Shown one piece after another: positions 44,308-53,418 of a DNA stretch of 64,000 nt. Each line of letters opens with the position of its first letter. Within the stretch, counting starts at the first letter, position 1. The stretch spans positions 5,361 to 69,360 of the forward strand of contig SVRT01000007.1 in assembly GCA_015064685.1 (NCBI GenBank), in the 5' to 3' direction. This DNA comes from Oscillospiraceae bacterium. Its GTDB lineage: Bacteria > Bacillota > Clostridia > Oscillospirales > CAG-272. The position numbers and the translations under genes are program-made. Below the pieces are notes generated by a model that was not told where the DNA came from, searched no databases, and saw nothing but the letters and a program-made list of their open reading frames with translations.

Positions 44308-45132
44308 ATGAAAAAGGTTTGTGTTGTAACCGGTGCTGGCGGCGTGCTTTGTGCCGAGTTTGCAAAGGAGATGTCCAAAAACGGATATGCAGTAGCTCTT
44401 CTCGATATTAACGAGGCTGCCGCAAAAGCAGTAGCTGACGAGATCTGCTCTTGTGGTGGACTTGCAAAGGCATACAAGACAAATGTTCTTGACAAAGCTT
44501 GCCTTGAGGAGGTTCATCAGAACGTTCTCTCTGAGCTCGGCAAGTGCACTGTTCTTATAAACGGTGCAGGTGGAAACAGCCCCAAGGCTACCACAGCTCA
44601 CGAGTATTTCGAAAAGGGCGACGAGAGCCGTGACGATATTCTTACGTTTTTTAACCTTGATAAGGCAGGATTTGATTTTGTTTTTGACCTTAATATTAAG
44701 GGAGTTCTTCTTCCCACACAGGTATTTGCAGTTGATATGATCGGAGAAGAGGGATGCTCGATAATCAATATTTCTTCGATGAACGCGTATACTCCTCTTA
44801 CCAAGATTCCCGCATACAGCTCTGCGAAGGCTGCGGTATCCAACTTTACACAGTGGCTCGCGGTTCATTTCGCAAAGGAAGGAATCAGAGTTAACGGAAT
44901 AGCTCCCGGATTCTTCTCCACAAATCAGAACAGGGCTCTTCTTTGGAACGCAGACGGAACTCCCACTGCAAGAACCGGTAAGATCCTTGCAGCTACTCCT
45001 ATGGGACGCTTTGGAGAGGCTACCGAGCTTCTCGGCGCACTCAAGTTCTTAGCTGACCCCGCAGCATCCGGATTCGTTACAGGTACGGTCATTCCTGTTG
45101 ATGGAGGCTTCTCCGCTTACTCGGGAGTTTGA
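44308..45132 (+). CDS. SDR family oxidoreductase (sugar or sugar-acid dehydrogenase-like)
   Basis: TGAGGVLC cofactor motif, NGAGGN, catalytic S...YSSAKAA, and a PG motif (IAPGFF). Confidence 0.85.
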   Translation: MKKVCVVTGAGGVLCAEFAKEMSKNGYAVALLDINEAAAKAVADEICSCGGLAKAYKTNVLDKACLEEVHQNVLSELGKCTVLINGAGGNSPKATTAHEYFEKGDESRDDILTFFNLDKAGFDFVFDLNIKGVLLPTQVFAVDMIGEEGCSIINISSMNAYTPLTKIPAYSSAKAAVSNFTQWLAVHFAKEGIRVNGIAPGFFSTNQNRALLWNADGTPTARTGKILAATPMGRFGEATELLGALKFLADPAASGFVTGTVIPVDGGFSAYSGV

Positions 45133-45151
45133 TTTTTAGGAGGATATCCAA

Positions 45152-46003
45152 ATGAGTACTGAAAAGATTATTCTTTGCGGATTTGCAGACGAGGCAGATC
45201 CGATGCTCGACGGTCAGATAGAGGCCCTTAAGGCAAACGGCATTTCTTTGCTCGAGATCAGAGGTGTTGACGGCAAGAGTATTGTTGACGTGACCGTTGA
45301 AGAGGCTAAGGAGATCAAGGCAAAGCTTGATGCAAATGGTATTGAGGTGTGGTCGCTCGGATCCCCCATCGGTAAGATAAAGATCGACGATGATTTTGAT
45401 AAAGAGATAGCAAGATACAGAAATCTGCTTGAGGTTGGAAACATCCTCGGCGCAAGATGCGTTCGCCTTTTCAGCTTCTACGGAACCGATGCTAAGCCCG
45501 AATATTTCGAGACTGTTTGCGAGAGACTCAAGAAGTACGTTGAGATCGCAAACGAGTACGGAATCGTACCTTGCCATGAGAACGAAAAGGGAATTTACGG
45601 AGAAAAGGCTGCACAGTGCCTTGAGATACACAAGGCGGTTCCCGGACTTAAAGCTGTATTCGATCCAGCTAACTTTGTTCAGGCTGATCAGAACACTCTC
45701 GAGGCTTGGGAAATGCTTGAGGAGTACGTTTACTACGGACACATCAAGGATGCGGACAAGGACAAAAAGGTGGTTCCTCCCGGATGCGGCGAGGGTCACA
45801 TAGCCGAGTATCTTCCCAAGTTCGTTGCAAAGGGCTGCAAAGTGCTTACCCTTGAGCCTCACCTTACCGCCTTTGTTGGGCTTGCCGACCTCGAGGAGGA
45901 GGGCGCTAAGAGCGACGTTGGCTCTGCTATCAAGTTTGAAAGCAACCGTGCCGCTTTTGATTACGCGGTTGATTCGCTTAAAGCAATAATTGAAAACATC
46001 TGA
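45152..46003 (+). CDS. sugar phosphate isomerase/epimerase (xylose isomerase-like TIM barrel)
   Basis: 283 aa. EIRGVDG, VRLFSF, HENEKGIYG and FDPANF metal-ligand-like blocks characteristic of AP_endonuc_2/xylose isomerase-like barrels. Confidence 0.75.
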   Translation: MSTEKIILCGFADEADPMLDGQIEALKANGISLLEIRGVDGKSIVDVTVEEAKEIKAKLDANGIEVWSLGSPIGKIKIDDDFDKEIARYRNLLEVGNILGARCVRLFSFYGTDAKPEYFETVCERLKKYVEIANEYGIVPCHENEKGIYGEKAAQCLEIHKAVPGLKAVFDPANFVQADQNTLEAWEMLEEYVYYGHIKDADKDKKVVPPGCGEGHIAEYLPKFVAKGCKVLTLEPHLTAFVGLADLEEEGAKSDVGSAIKFESNRAAFDYAVDSLKAIIENI

Positions 46004-46021
46004 CGTAAAGGAGATTTTGCT

Positions 46022-46786
46022 ATGATTTTAGGTGCTCAGTTTTATACGTTGAGAGATTATTGCCAGGATCTTCAGGGACTCGACGAGTCTATGAAGAAGG
46101 TTGCGGATATCGGTTTTAAATCCATCCAGCTTTCAGGTGTTTGCGATTATGAGGGCGAGTGGGTCGCTGAGAAGATAAAGGAATACGGTCTTACAGTTGA
46201 CATTACCCACACTCCCGCTGCAAAGATCGTTGATGACACCGATAATACGATCAAGCTCCACGATGCAATGAACTGTAAGTGTATCGGTCTTGGCTATTCC
46301 GAGCTTGTTAGAACTCCCGAGGGGATTGAGGAGTTCTATAATACAATGGCTCCCGCAATCAAGAAAATCACGGATGCGGGACATAAGTTTATGTATCATA
46401 ATCATCATTATGAATTTGCAAAGTGTGGGGACAAGACCGCGCTCGAGCTTTTGTGCGAGAAGTTTACTCCCGAGGAGTGCGGTATCACGCTCGATACATA
46501 TTGGGTACAGGCTGCAGGCGGCGATCCCGCGGCTTGGATCAGAAAGCTGAAGGGAAGACTTGACAGAGTACACTTCAAGGATATGGTCTTCTCGCTTGAA
46601 GACAAGAAGTCTGTTATTGCCCCCATCGGTGAGGGTAATATGAATTACGATGCGATCATCGAGGCTTGCCTTGTGTCCGACGTTGAGATCGGATACGTCG
46701 AGCTTGACGATTGCCACGGAGAGGATCCCTTTGATTGTATGAAGCGCAGCTACAATTATCTCACTTCGAGGTATGGGCTGAAATAA
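46022..46786 (+). CDS. sugar phosphate isomerase/epimerase (xylose isomerase-like TIM barrel), second copy, divergent
   Basis: 254 aa. LGAQFYTLRD, YHNHHYEF, LDTYW and HFKD blocks typical of this fold. Confidence 0.75.
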   Translation: MILGAQFYTLRDYCQDLQGLDESMKKVADIGFKSIQLSGVCDYEGEWVAEKIKEYGLTVDITHTPAAKIVDDTDNTIKLHDAMNCKCIGLGYSELVRTPEGIEEFYNTMAPAIKKITDAGHKFMYHNHHYEFAKCGDKTALELLCEKFTPEECGITLDTYWVQAAGGDPAAWIRKLKGRLDRVHFKDMVFSLEDKKSVIAPIGEGNMNYDAIIEACLVSDVEIGYVELDDCHGEDPFDCMKRSYNYLTSRYGLK

Positions 46787-46812
46787 CCTCTCTTTTCGAT
46801 ATGGAGAATGAT

Positions 46813-48012
46813 ATGAAAAAGGTCAGACTTGGTATTATCGGGCTGGGAAATATCGGTTCCCAGCATTACAGAAACGTTTTAAACGGAAAATGTCCGGAGA
46901 TCGAGATAACGGCGGTTGCCGATATCAATCCCGACAGACTTGAATGGGCAACGAATACCTGTGGATCCTACAGAGATTCTGATAAGAGCATCCCGCTTCC
47001 CGCACTTTATTCAGATGCATCTGAAATGATGAGAAGCGGAATGATCGATGCCGTTGTTATCGCCGTTCCTCATTATGAGCATCCGAGATACGCTATTGAG
47101 GCGTTCGAATGCGGTCTGCATGTAATGTGCGAAAAGCCCGCAGGCGTTTATACATTGCAGGTAAGAGAGATGATGGCTGCAGCGGACAAGCATCCCGAGC
47201 TTAAGTTTGGAATGATGTTCAACCAGAGAACTAACTGCGTTTATCGCAAAATGAAGGAGATCCTTGATGGCGGTGAGCTCGGTGAGCTTCGCAGATCTAC
47301 CTGGATAATCACGAATTGGTATCGCCCTCAGGCGTATTATGATTCGGGTGAATGGAGAGCAACGTGGGCAGGAGAAGGCGGCGGCGTGCTGCTCAATCAG
47401 TGTCCTCACAATCTCGACCTTTGGCAATGGCTTTGCGGCATGCCCTCTAAGGTGTATGCTAAAATAAGCTTTGGCAAATGGCATGATATAGAGGTTGAGG
47501 ATGATGTTACCGCGTGTGTTGAGTATCCCAATGGTGCTACCGGTACGTTCATTACTACTACTGCGGATATGCCCGGAACGAACAGGCTTGAGATCGTCTG
47601 TGACGGCGGAACTCTCATTTGTGAGAATGATAAGCTTACGTTGAGTAAGCTCGAGGTTCCCGAGTCCGAGTTTACAAAGAGCAATAAATCTCCCTACGGT
47701 ATGCCTAAGTATACCACGGCAAAGGTTGAGACCGATGGAATGAACATTCAGCATCCCGCGGTTCTCAATGCGCTCGCAGGCGCTATACTCAGAGATGAGC
47801 CGCTCGTAGCAGACGGAAGAGAGGGAATTAATGCCCTAATGATTTCTAACGCTATGCATCTTTCCGCATGGCTCGGAAGAGAAGTGGAGCTTCCGATCGA
47901 TGAGGAGCTCTATAAATCGTTGCTTGATGAACACGTCAAGACCTCGAAGCGCAAGGAAAATATTACATACGTATTTTCCGATTTCAATGAAACTCATAAA
48001 ACAATTCTATAA
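46813..48012 (+). CDS. Gfo/Idh/MocA family oxidoreductase (paralog 1)
   Basis: MKKVRLGIIGLGNIGSQH is a Rossmann N-terminus; CEKPAG motif; C-terminal alpha/beta domain. ATG 46813 (alternative 46801). The longer ORF overlaps the upstream gene. Confidence 0.85.
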   Translation: MKKVRLGIIGLGNIGSQHYRNVLNGKCPEIEITAVADINPDRLEWATNTCGSYRDSDKSIPLPALYSDASEMMRSGMIDAVVIAVPHYEHPRYAIEAFECGLHVMCEKPAGVYTLQVREMMAAADKHPELKFGMMFNQRTNCVYRKMKEILDGGELGELRRSTWIITNWYRPQAYYDSGEWRATWAGEGGGVLLNQCPHNLDLWQWLCGMPSKVYAKISFGKWHDIEVEDDVTACVEYPNGATGTFITTTADMPGTNRLEIVCDGGTLICENDKLTLSKLEVPESEFTKSNKSPYGMPKYTTAKVETDGMNIQHPAVLNALAGAILRDEPLVADGREGINALMISNAMHLSAWLGREVELPIDEELYKSLLDEHVKTSKRKENITYVFSDFNETHKTIL

Positions 48013-48035
48013 TTATTTAAAGGAGCATTATTGTT

Positions 48036-49238
48036 ATGAGAAAGGTAAAATTAGGTATTATCGGTATTGGTAATATGGGTTCATCCCACCTTCAGAACAT
48101 CTGGCAGGGACAGAATCCTGAGATCGTTGTAACTGCAGTTGCAGATACAAATCCCGAGAGAATCGAATGGGCTAAGAAGGCTATTGTTGAGCATCGTGAG
48201 AAGTATCCCGAGAGCGACATCCCGGATATGGCTTATTTCGCAGACGGTAGCGATCTTATCAAGAGCGGTGCTTGTGAGGCTATACTTATTGCAGTTCCTC
48301 ACTACGATCACCCCAGATATGCGGTTGAGGGACTTGATAACGGTCTCCACGTAATGTGTGAGAAGCCTGCAGGCGTATTTACGCTTGAGGTTAGAAAGAT
48401 GATCGAGGCTGCTGACCGTCATCCTGAACTCAAGTTCGGTATGATGTTCAACCAGAGAACAAACTGCGTTTACAGAAAGATGAAGGAGATCATCGAGAGC
48501 GGAGAGCTTGGAGAGATCAGAAGAACAAGCTGGATCATCACCAACTGGTACCGTCCTCAGTCCTACTACGATTCCGGCGCTTGGAGAGCAACTTGGTCCG
48601 GAGAGGGCGGAGGAGTGCTTCTTAACCAGGCACCTCATAACCTTGACCTTTGGCAGTGGATCTGCGGCATGCCTTGCAAGGTAGACGCCAAGCTTCACTT
48701 TGGTAAGTGGCACGACATCGAGGTTGAGGATGACGTTACTTGCTACGTTGAGTATCCCAACGGCGCAACTGGTACGTTTATCACAACAACCGGTGATGCT
48801 CCCGGTGCAAATCGCTTCGAGATCGTTTGCGACGGCGGTACTCTCATCTGTGAGGGCAACAAGCTTATTATGAAGAAGCTTGAGATGTTTGAGACTGAGT
48901 TTACAAAGACATGGACAGGCCTCTTTGGCGCACCCAAGTGCGAAGAGATCGTGGTTGAGACAGACGGAAGAAATCGTCAGCACACCGAGGTTCGTGAAAA
49001 GTTTGCTGCAGCTATCCTCAGAGATGAGAAGCTTGTTGCAGACGGACGTGAGGGTATCAACGGACTTACAATTTCCAATGCAATGCATCTTTCTGCATGG
49101 ACGGGCAAGACCGTAGAGCTTCCGTTCGACGAGGTTCTTTATAAGGATCTTCTTATGGAGAGAGTTAAGACCTCAAGACGTAAGGTTGAGACAGGAAAAT
49201 CGGCAGTAGCAGATCTCTCCGATACCTATAACGCATAA
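48036..49238 (+). CDS. Gfo/Idh/MocA family oxidoreductase (paralog 2)
   Basis: MRKVKLGIIGIGNMGSSH; CEKPAG. Shares long identical blocks with paralog 1 (HPELKFGMMFNQRTNCVYRKMKEI, WIITNWYRPQ, FGKWHDIEVEDDVT, VEYPNGATGTFITTT, EIVCDGGTLICE). Confidence 0.85.
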   Translation: MRKVKLGIIGIGNMGSSHLQNIWQGQNPEIVVTAVADTNPERIEWAKKAIVEHREKYPESDIPDMAYFADGSDLIKSGACEAILIAVPHYDHPRYAVEGLDNGLHVMCEKPAGVFTLEVRKMIEAADRHPELKFGMMFNQRTNCVYRKMKEIIESGELGEIRRTSWIITNWYRPQSYYDSGAWRATWSGEGGGVLLNQAPHNLDLWQWICGMPCKVDAKLHFGKWHDIEVEDDVTCYVEYPNGATGTFITTTGDAPGANRFEIVCDGGTLICEGNKLIMKKLEMFETEFTKTWTGLFGAPKCEEIVVETDGRNRQHTEVREKFAAAILRDEKLVADGREGINGLTISNAMHLSAWTGKTVELPFDEVLYKDLLMERVKTSRRKVETGKSAVADLSDTYNA

Positions 49239-49250
49239 TTATCAAAGAAT

Positions 49251-49288
49251 AAAGGCAAACCGACATAATTTATGTCGGTTTGCCGTTT
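49251..49288 (+). terminator. intrinsic terminator ending the SDR/TIM/Gfo operon
   Basis: GGCAAACCGACAT-AATTT-ATGTCGGTTTGCC (13-bp stem) followed by GTTT. Confidence 0.75.
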
Positions 49289-49538
49289 AGTGTTTCTTAA
49301 AGACAATTATTTTTTCGTTAATAGTATGGGGGAGAATAAGGTTAATTAACATTAAAACATGAAGAAATGAACTTAAAAAGGGCATTAATAATTTATACAG
49401 ACAGATAAATAAAATTATACAAAAACAAAATTTTGTATAATTTAGGGCATTGAAAATGCCCTAAAAACACCTCAAAACTCGCCCAAACCCTTGATTTACT
49501 CATTTTTGCAACTTTCCATGATTTGGCCTTGTTTTTTG

Positions 49539-49796
49539 TTATTTTCTCACCAAATACTTTTTCTTTGTAGCTTCTCCTCCTCGAAGATGTCTCTCTTCTT
49601 TATTTTTCTCTAAAACACTTTTAACGTCAAGATACAGTGATCTGTTTATATTTTTCAAGCTTTGAGTTACGTCTTTATGTACTGTGCTTTTACTGATCCC
49701 AAATCTTAATGCAGTGGCACGTACAGTCGTATTATTTTCAACAATGTACAAGCCAAGTACCACGCATCTTTCTTTACCGGATGCCAAATACATCAT
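49539..49796 (-). CDS. spoIIID: sporulation transcriptional regulator SpoIIID
   Basis: 85 aa. LGLYIVENNTTVRATALRFGISKSTVHKDVT..L..IN..L...V..VL..NK.ERHLRGGEATKKKY is the highly conserved SpoIIID HTH sequence. Confidence 0.9.
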   Translation of the reverse strand: MMYLASGKERCVVLGLYIVENNTTVRATALRFGISKSTVHKDVTQSLKNINRSLYLDVKSVLEKNKEERHLRGGEATKKKYLVRK

Positions 49797-49914
49797 TAAT
49801 AGTACCTCTGATCATTTTGTTGTTATAATACATTTTATGTGTATATGCTTGTACATATTATTAATTAATCCCTAAATTTGCTTATTACTACTTTATTTTC
49901 AAAGGAATATATAT

Positions 49915-50706
49915 ATGTTTGATATCAATACCGTTATCCGCGATCCTTCTTTATACGACATTTTTGAAGGCATGACGTCTATATCCGCTCTTATCAAATC
50001 TATTGGATCCGGATCAAGTGACCGTCGGATTTTTGCTGTGTTATATGATTCATCGCGCGCAGATCATAAATCTCGAGAGCTTTCCTTTCTTAAAAGAAAT
50101 GCTGAGTCTCTCCGGTTTGATCTTTGTGAAACCACGTCCGATGTTATTTCTTCGCTTACTTCCGGCGATACGCACGGTGGAATTATTGCTGTAACGACGA
50201 AGCGTTCCTTTTCGGATGTTTTTGTGAATTATTTAACAAGCGGATCATTTTTTGCCCTTATTGAAGGAATCGAGGATCCGTATAATTTCGGATATTCTAT
50301 AAGATCCTTGTATGCTGCCGGTGTCGACGGAATTGTTTTGCCTCCCCGTAACTGGATGGAGTTTTCGGGCACTGTTGCACGCTCGTCTGCGGGTACGTCC
50401 GAACTTTCAAACATCTTTGTTTCTGATCCCGAGACCGCCGTAAAAACCTTCAAGGAACACGGATTTAAGGTGGTTTGTGCATCAATAAGAGATTCTGTTT
50501 CTATATACGATTATGACTTTAATTGTCCGATTTTGTTGGTTGTAGGAGGCGAAAAAAGGGGTATTTCGAGAAAGATTCTCGATCTCTCCGATGCTAACGT
50601 CAGAATTGATTACGGCCGTGAATTTATGGGATCACTTCCCTCTGCTTCTGCAGTTTCGGTAATTGCTTTTGAGATCGCACGTCAAAAATCATTATTTAAG
50701 CAGTAA
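49915..50706 (+). CDS. TrmH/SpoU family RNA 2'-O-methyltransferase
   Basis: GIEDPYNFGYSIRSLYAAGVDGIVLP, LLVVGGEKRGISRKIL and SLPSASAVSVIAFEI are SpoU motifs 1-3. Confidence 0.8.
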   Translation: MFDINTVIRDPSLYDIFEGMTSISALIKSIGSGSSDRRIFAVLYDSSRADHKSRELSFLKRNAESLRFDLCETTSDVISSLTSGDTHGGIIAVTTKRSFSDVFVNYLTSGSFFALIEGIEDPYNFGYSIRSLYAAGVDGIVLPPRNWMEFSGTVARSSAGTSELSNIFVSDPETAVKTFKEHGFKVVCASIRDSVSIYDYDFNCPILLVVGGEKRGISRKILDLSDANVRIDYGREFMGSLPSASAVSVIAFEIARQKSLFKQ

Positions 50707-50804
50707 ATTTTACAAAAAAGTTGGATTTTGTTGAAAATTTTATACAGAACTTAAACCTATAAGTGATATAATGAATCTAATGAGTTTTTTATTCGGGGAT
50801 ATCT

Positions 50805-51653
50805 ATGCGTAAAAAAATTGCTTTTATCGGTGTTGGAAATATGGCGACCGCAATTCTCTCGGGGATCACTTCAAGGAGCGTGGCGCCGATTCTTTGGTCG
50901 GATATAGTGCTCTATAACCGCCATATCGAAAAAATAACTAAATATGAAGCGATGGGTGCTTGCTTGGCAGGATCGCTCAATGAAGCGGTTGAAATAGCCG
51001 ATTGCGTGGTGCTGTGCGTAAAGCCGCAAAGCTTTGCAGAGATTCTGCCTGAACTGTCAAAATGTAAGGATGTTGAAAAAAAGCTTTTTGTTTCGATAGC
51101 AGCAGGAATCAGTAGCGATAGTATTTCGCGCGCAACAAACGGTGCCCCGGTCGTCCTTGTAATGCCTAATACGCCAATGCTTATAGGTCAAGGTGTAAGT
51201 GCGATTTGTAAAAATGACGCAGTAGCGGAAGCTGATCTTGATTTTGTATCTGAAATGTTTGCGTCCGCAGGCAAAGTGATAAGAATCAATGAGGATGAGA
51301 TGAACCGTATTATCTCCGTAACTGGATCATCGCCTGCATACGTTTTTATGATGATCAAAGCAATGTATCAGGGCGCGGTTGAACAAGGACTTTTGCAAGG
51401 AAATGATCTTACCAAGGGGCTTCCCGAAAAAGATCTCTTGGATAGCATTTGTGATACGATAATTGGTGCTGCAATGCTTATGAAATCAGGCAACAAGACC
51501 CCGGATGAGCAAATTCAAACCGTTTGCTCAAAAGGCGGAACGACCGAACGAGCTGTTGCTGAGCTTGAAAAATATGATTTTTATCAAGCCTTCTCCACTG
51601 CGATGCAAAAATGCACCGACCGTGCAGATGAGCTTAGATCGTTAAATAAATAA
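50805..51653 (+). CDS. proC: pyrroline-5-carboxylate reductase
   Basis: IAFIGVGNMATAI, VKPQ, MPNTP, GSSPAYVFMMI and SKGGTTE blocks. Confidence 0.9.
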   Translation: MRKKIAFIGVGNMATAILSGITSRSVAPILWSDIVLYNRHIEKITKYEAMGACLAGSLNEAVEIADCVVLCVKPQSFAEILPELSKCKDVEKKLFVSIAAGISSDSISRATNGAPVVLVMPNTPMLIGQGVSAICKNDAVAEADLDFVSEMFASAGKVIRINEDEMNRIISVTGSSPAYVFMMIKAMYQGAVEQGLLQGNDLTKGLPEKDLLDSICDTIIGAAMLMKSGNKTPDEQIQTVCSKGGTTERAVAELEKYDFYQAFSTAMQKCTDRADELRSLNK

Positions 51654-51674
51654 CAAAGGAAAAGGAATAAGGTC

Positions 51675-52631
51675 TTGGAACAACTGAACAAGAAAAAATT
51701 CAAGCTGTTTGATATGAACAGAGACGGAAAAGGTGTTGATCCCGGCGAGGATACGACACCCAATCTGAAATTCTTTTTCAAGCTGCTTTGGAGAAAGCTT
51801 TCAAAAATAATTACACTTAATATGCTCGCGATAGTACAGATTCTGCCGCTTCTTGCGTGTCTCTATCTCTATTTCATCGCAACACCAACAACTCCGACAC
51901 AGTATTATCCCGAGTATGCTGCGCTTTACGGTATGCAAGAGGCAGCGTCAAGTGCGACAAGCTCACTGGGAGTGTCACTCTTCTCTTTCCAGCATCCTCT
52001 TCCCACCTATAATACCTACATTTATTGGGTTATAGGCGTCCTACTTCTCTTTCAGGTAGTAACTTACGGATGGCAGAAGGTTGGCGTTATCTATGTTACG
52101 CGCGGTCTCGTACGCGGTGATAGCGTGTTTGTATGGTCGGATTATTTCTATGCAATAAAAAAGAACCTCAAGCAGGGCTTTATCCTCGGTCTTATCGACT
52201 GTATTGCAATGTTTGCGCTCGCCTTTGACATTTATTATTTCTATACGTCTCCCCAGACCGGAATGAATAATTTTATGTATGTGCTGACGATTGCGCTTAT
52301 CGTTTTGTATATCATATTCCGCTTTTACGTTTATCTTATGGCGGTCACATTCGATATGAAGATCGGTAAGATATTCAAAAACGCTTTGATATTTATAGTC
52401 TTGGGAATCAAGAGAAATATTATGGCTCTTTTGGGACTTGCGATATTGACTGCATTTGCCGTGCTCCTTGTAGTACTGTTCTTGCCTATGGGACTTGGAG
52501 TAACTATCGTCCTGCCCTTAATATATTACCTGGGCGTTTGCGCATTTATTTATACCTATGCGGCATATCCGGTAATAAAAAAATATATGATCGACCCTGT
52601 TGGACCCACAGCCCCCACAGAGGAAGAATAA
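51675..52631 (+). CDS. YesL-like (DUF624) polytopic membrane protein
   Basis: 318 aa, about 6 hydrophobic segments. The N-terminal FFKLLWRKLSKIITLNMLAI pattern resembles DUF624. TTG start as given by the ORF track; in-frame ATG at 51714 is an alternative. Confidence 0.6.
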   Translation: MEQLNKKKFKLFDMNRDGKGVDPGEDTTPNLKFFFKLLWRKLSKIITLNMLAIVQILPLLACLYLYFIATPTTPTQYYPEYAALYGMQEAASSATSSLGVSLFSFQHPLPTYNTYIYWVIGVLLLFQVVTYGWQKVGVIYVTRGLVRGDSVFVWSDYFYAIKKNLKQGFILGLIDCIAMFALAFDIYYFYTSPQTGMNNFMYVLTIALIVLYIIFRFYVYLMAVTFDMKIGKIFKNALIFIVLGIKRNIMALLGLAILTAFAVLLVVLFLPMGLGVTIVLPLIYYLGVCAFIYTYAAYPVIKKYMIDPVGPTAPTEEE

Positions 52632-52668
52632 ATAAAATACACGCCGATTCTTAAATGAGTCGGCGTGG

Positions 52669-53418
52669 TTACTTTGTGTCGATAAGCTCGCTGATTACAA
52701 CGAATTTATACCCCATCTCGATCAGCTTTGGTATAAAAATATTCATTGCTTCGCATGTTGGGCTGTTGCTTCCGATATAGTCGTGCATGAGGATGATCGA
52801 TCCCGGCTTGATATGCTCGATCACGTTTTTTGCAATATCCTCTGCAGGTGTATGCGCCCAATCCCTCGTATCAATATCCCATAGGATCACTCTGTAGTCC
52901 AGCTCTCGAACTATTGCCAGAATACTTGAATCGATCATTCCCTCCGGCGGGCGAAAAACTCTGGTCCTCAGATCTGTTACTCCGTAGACTGTTTCTTCGC
53001 ATTGAGCGATTTCTTCTTTAAGATGATCATTATCTACTTGGTTAACGTGAGGATGTGAGAAAGTGTGATTCCCTATCTCATGTCCTCTTTTTGATACCTC
53101 TCTTAGCGTATCAGGGTAGTAATAAGCGTTAATTCCTACCGCGAAAAAGGTTGCTTTAATACGGTATTTATCAAGAATATTCAATATCTGCGGGGTGTAT
53201 TTTGGATGAGGTCCGTCATCAAATGTCAAGGCAATCTTCATACAGTCATTATCGTGATTTCGGTATATATCAATATCAGAAACGCATTTTGCCTCACAGA
53301 ATTTATTATCTGCATAGGAATACAATGAAAAAAGGTTGAGAAAGAATATAAATGAAAGTATTCCTGATATGATCACCGGTACTACACGTTTTTTCTTAAA
53401 GCTCGTCAAGTGTTCCAA
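52669..53418 (-). CDS. polysaccharide deacetylase family protein (NodB homology domain) with an N-terminal membrane anchor
   Basis: TM segment VPVIISGILSFIFFLNLFSLY. NodB motifs LTFDDGP, HEIGNHTFSHP, RPPEG and ILMHD. Confidence 0.85.
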   Translation of the reverse strand: MEHLTSFKKKRVVPVIISGILSFIFFLNLFSLYSYADNKFCEAKCVSDIDIYRNHDNDCMKIALTFDDGPHPKYTPQILNILDKYRIKATFFAVGINAYYYPDTLREVSKRGHEIGNHTFSHPHVNQVDNDHLKEEIAQCEETVYGVTDLRTRVFRPPEGMIDSSILAIVRELDYRVILWDIDTRDWAHTPAEDIAKNVIEHIKPGSIILMHDYIGSNSPTCEAMNIFIPKLIEMGYKFVVISELIDTK

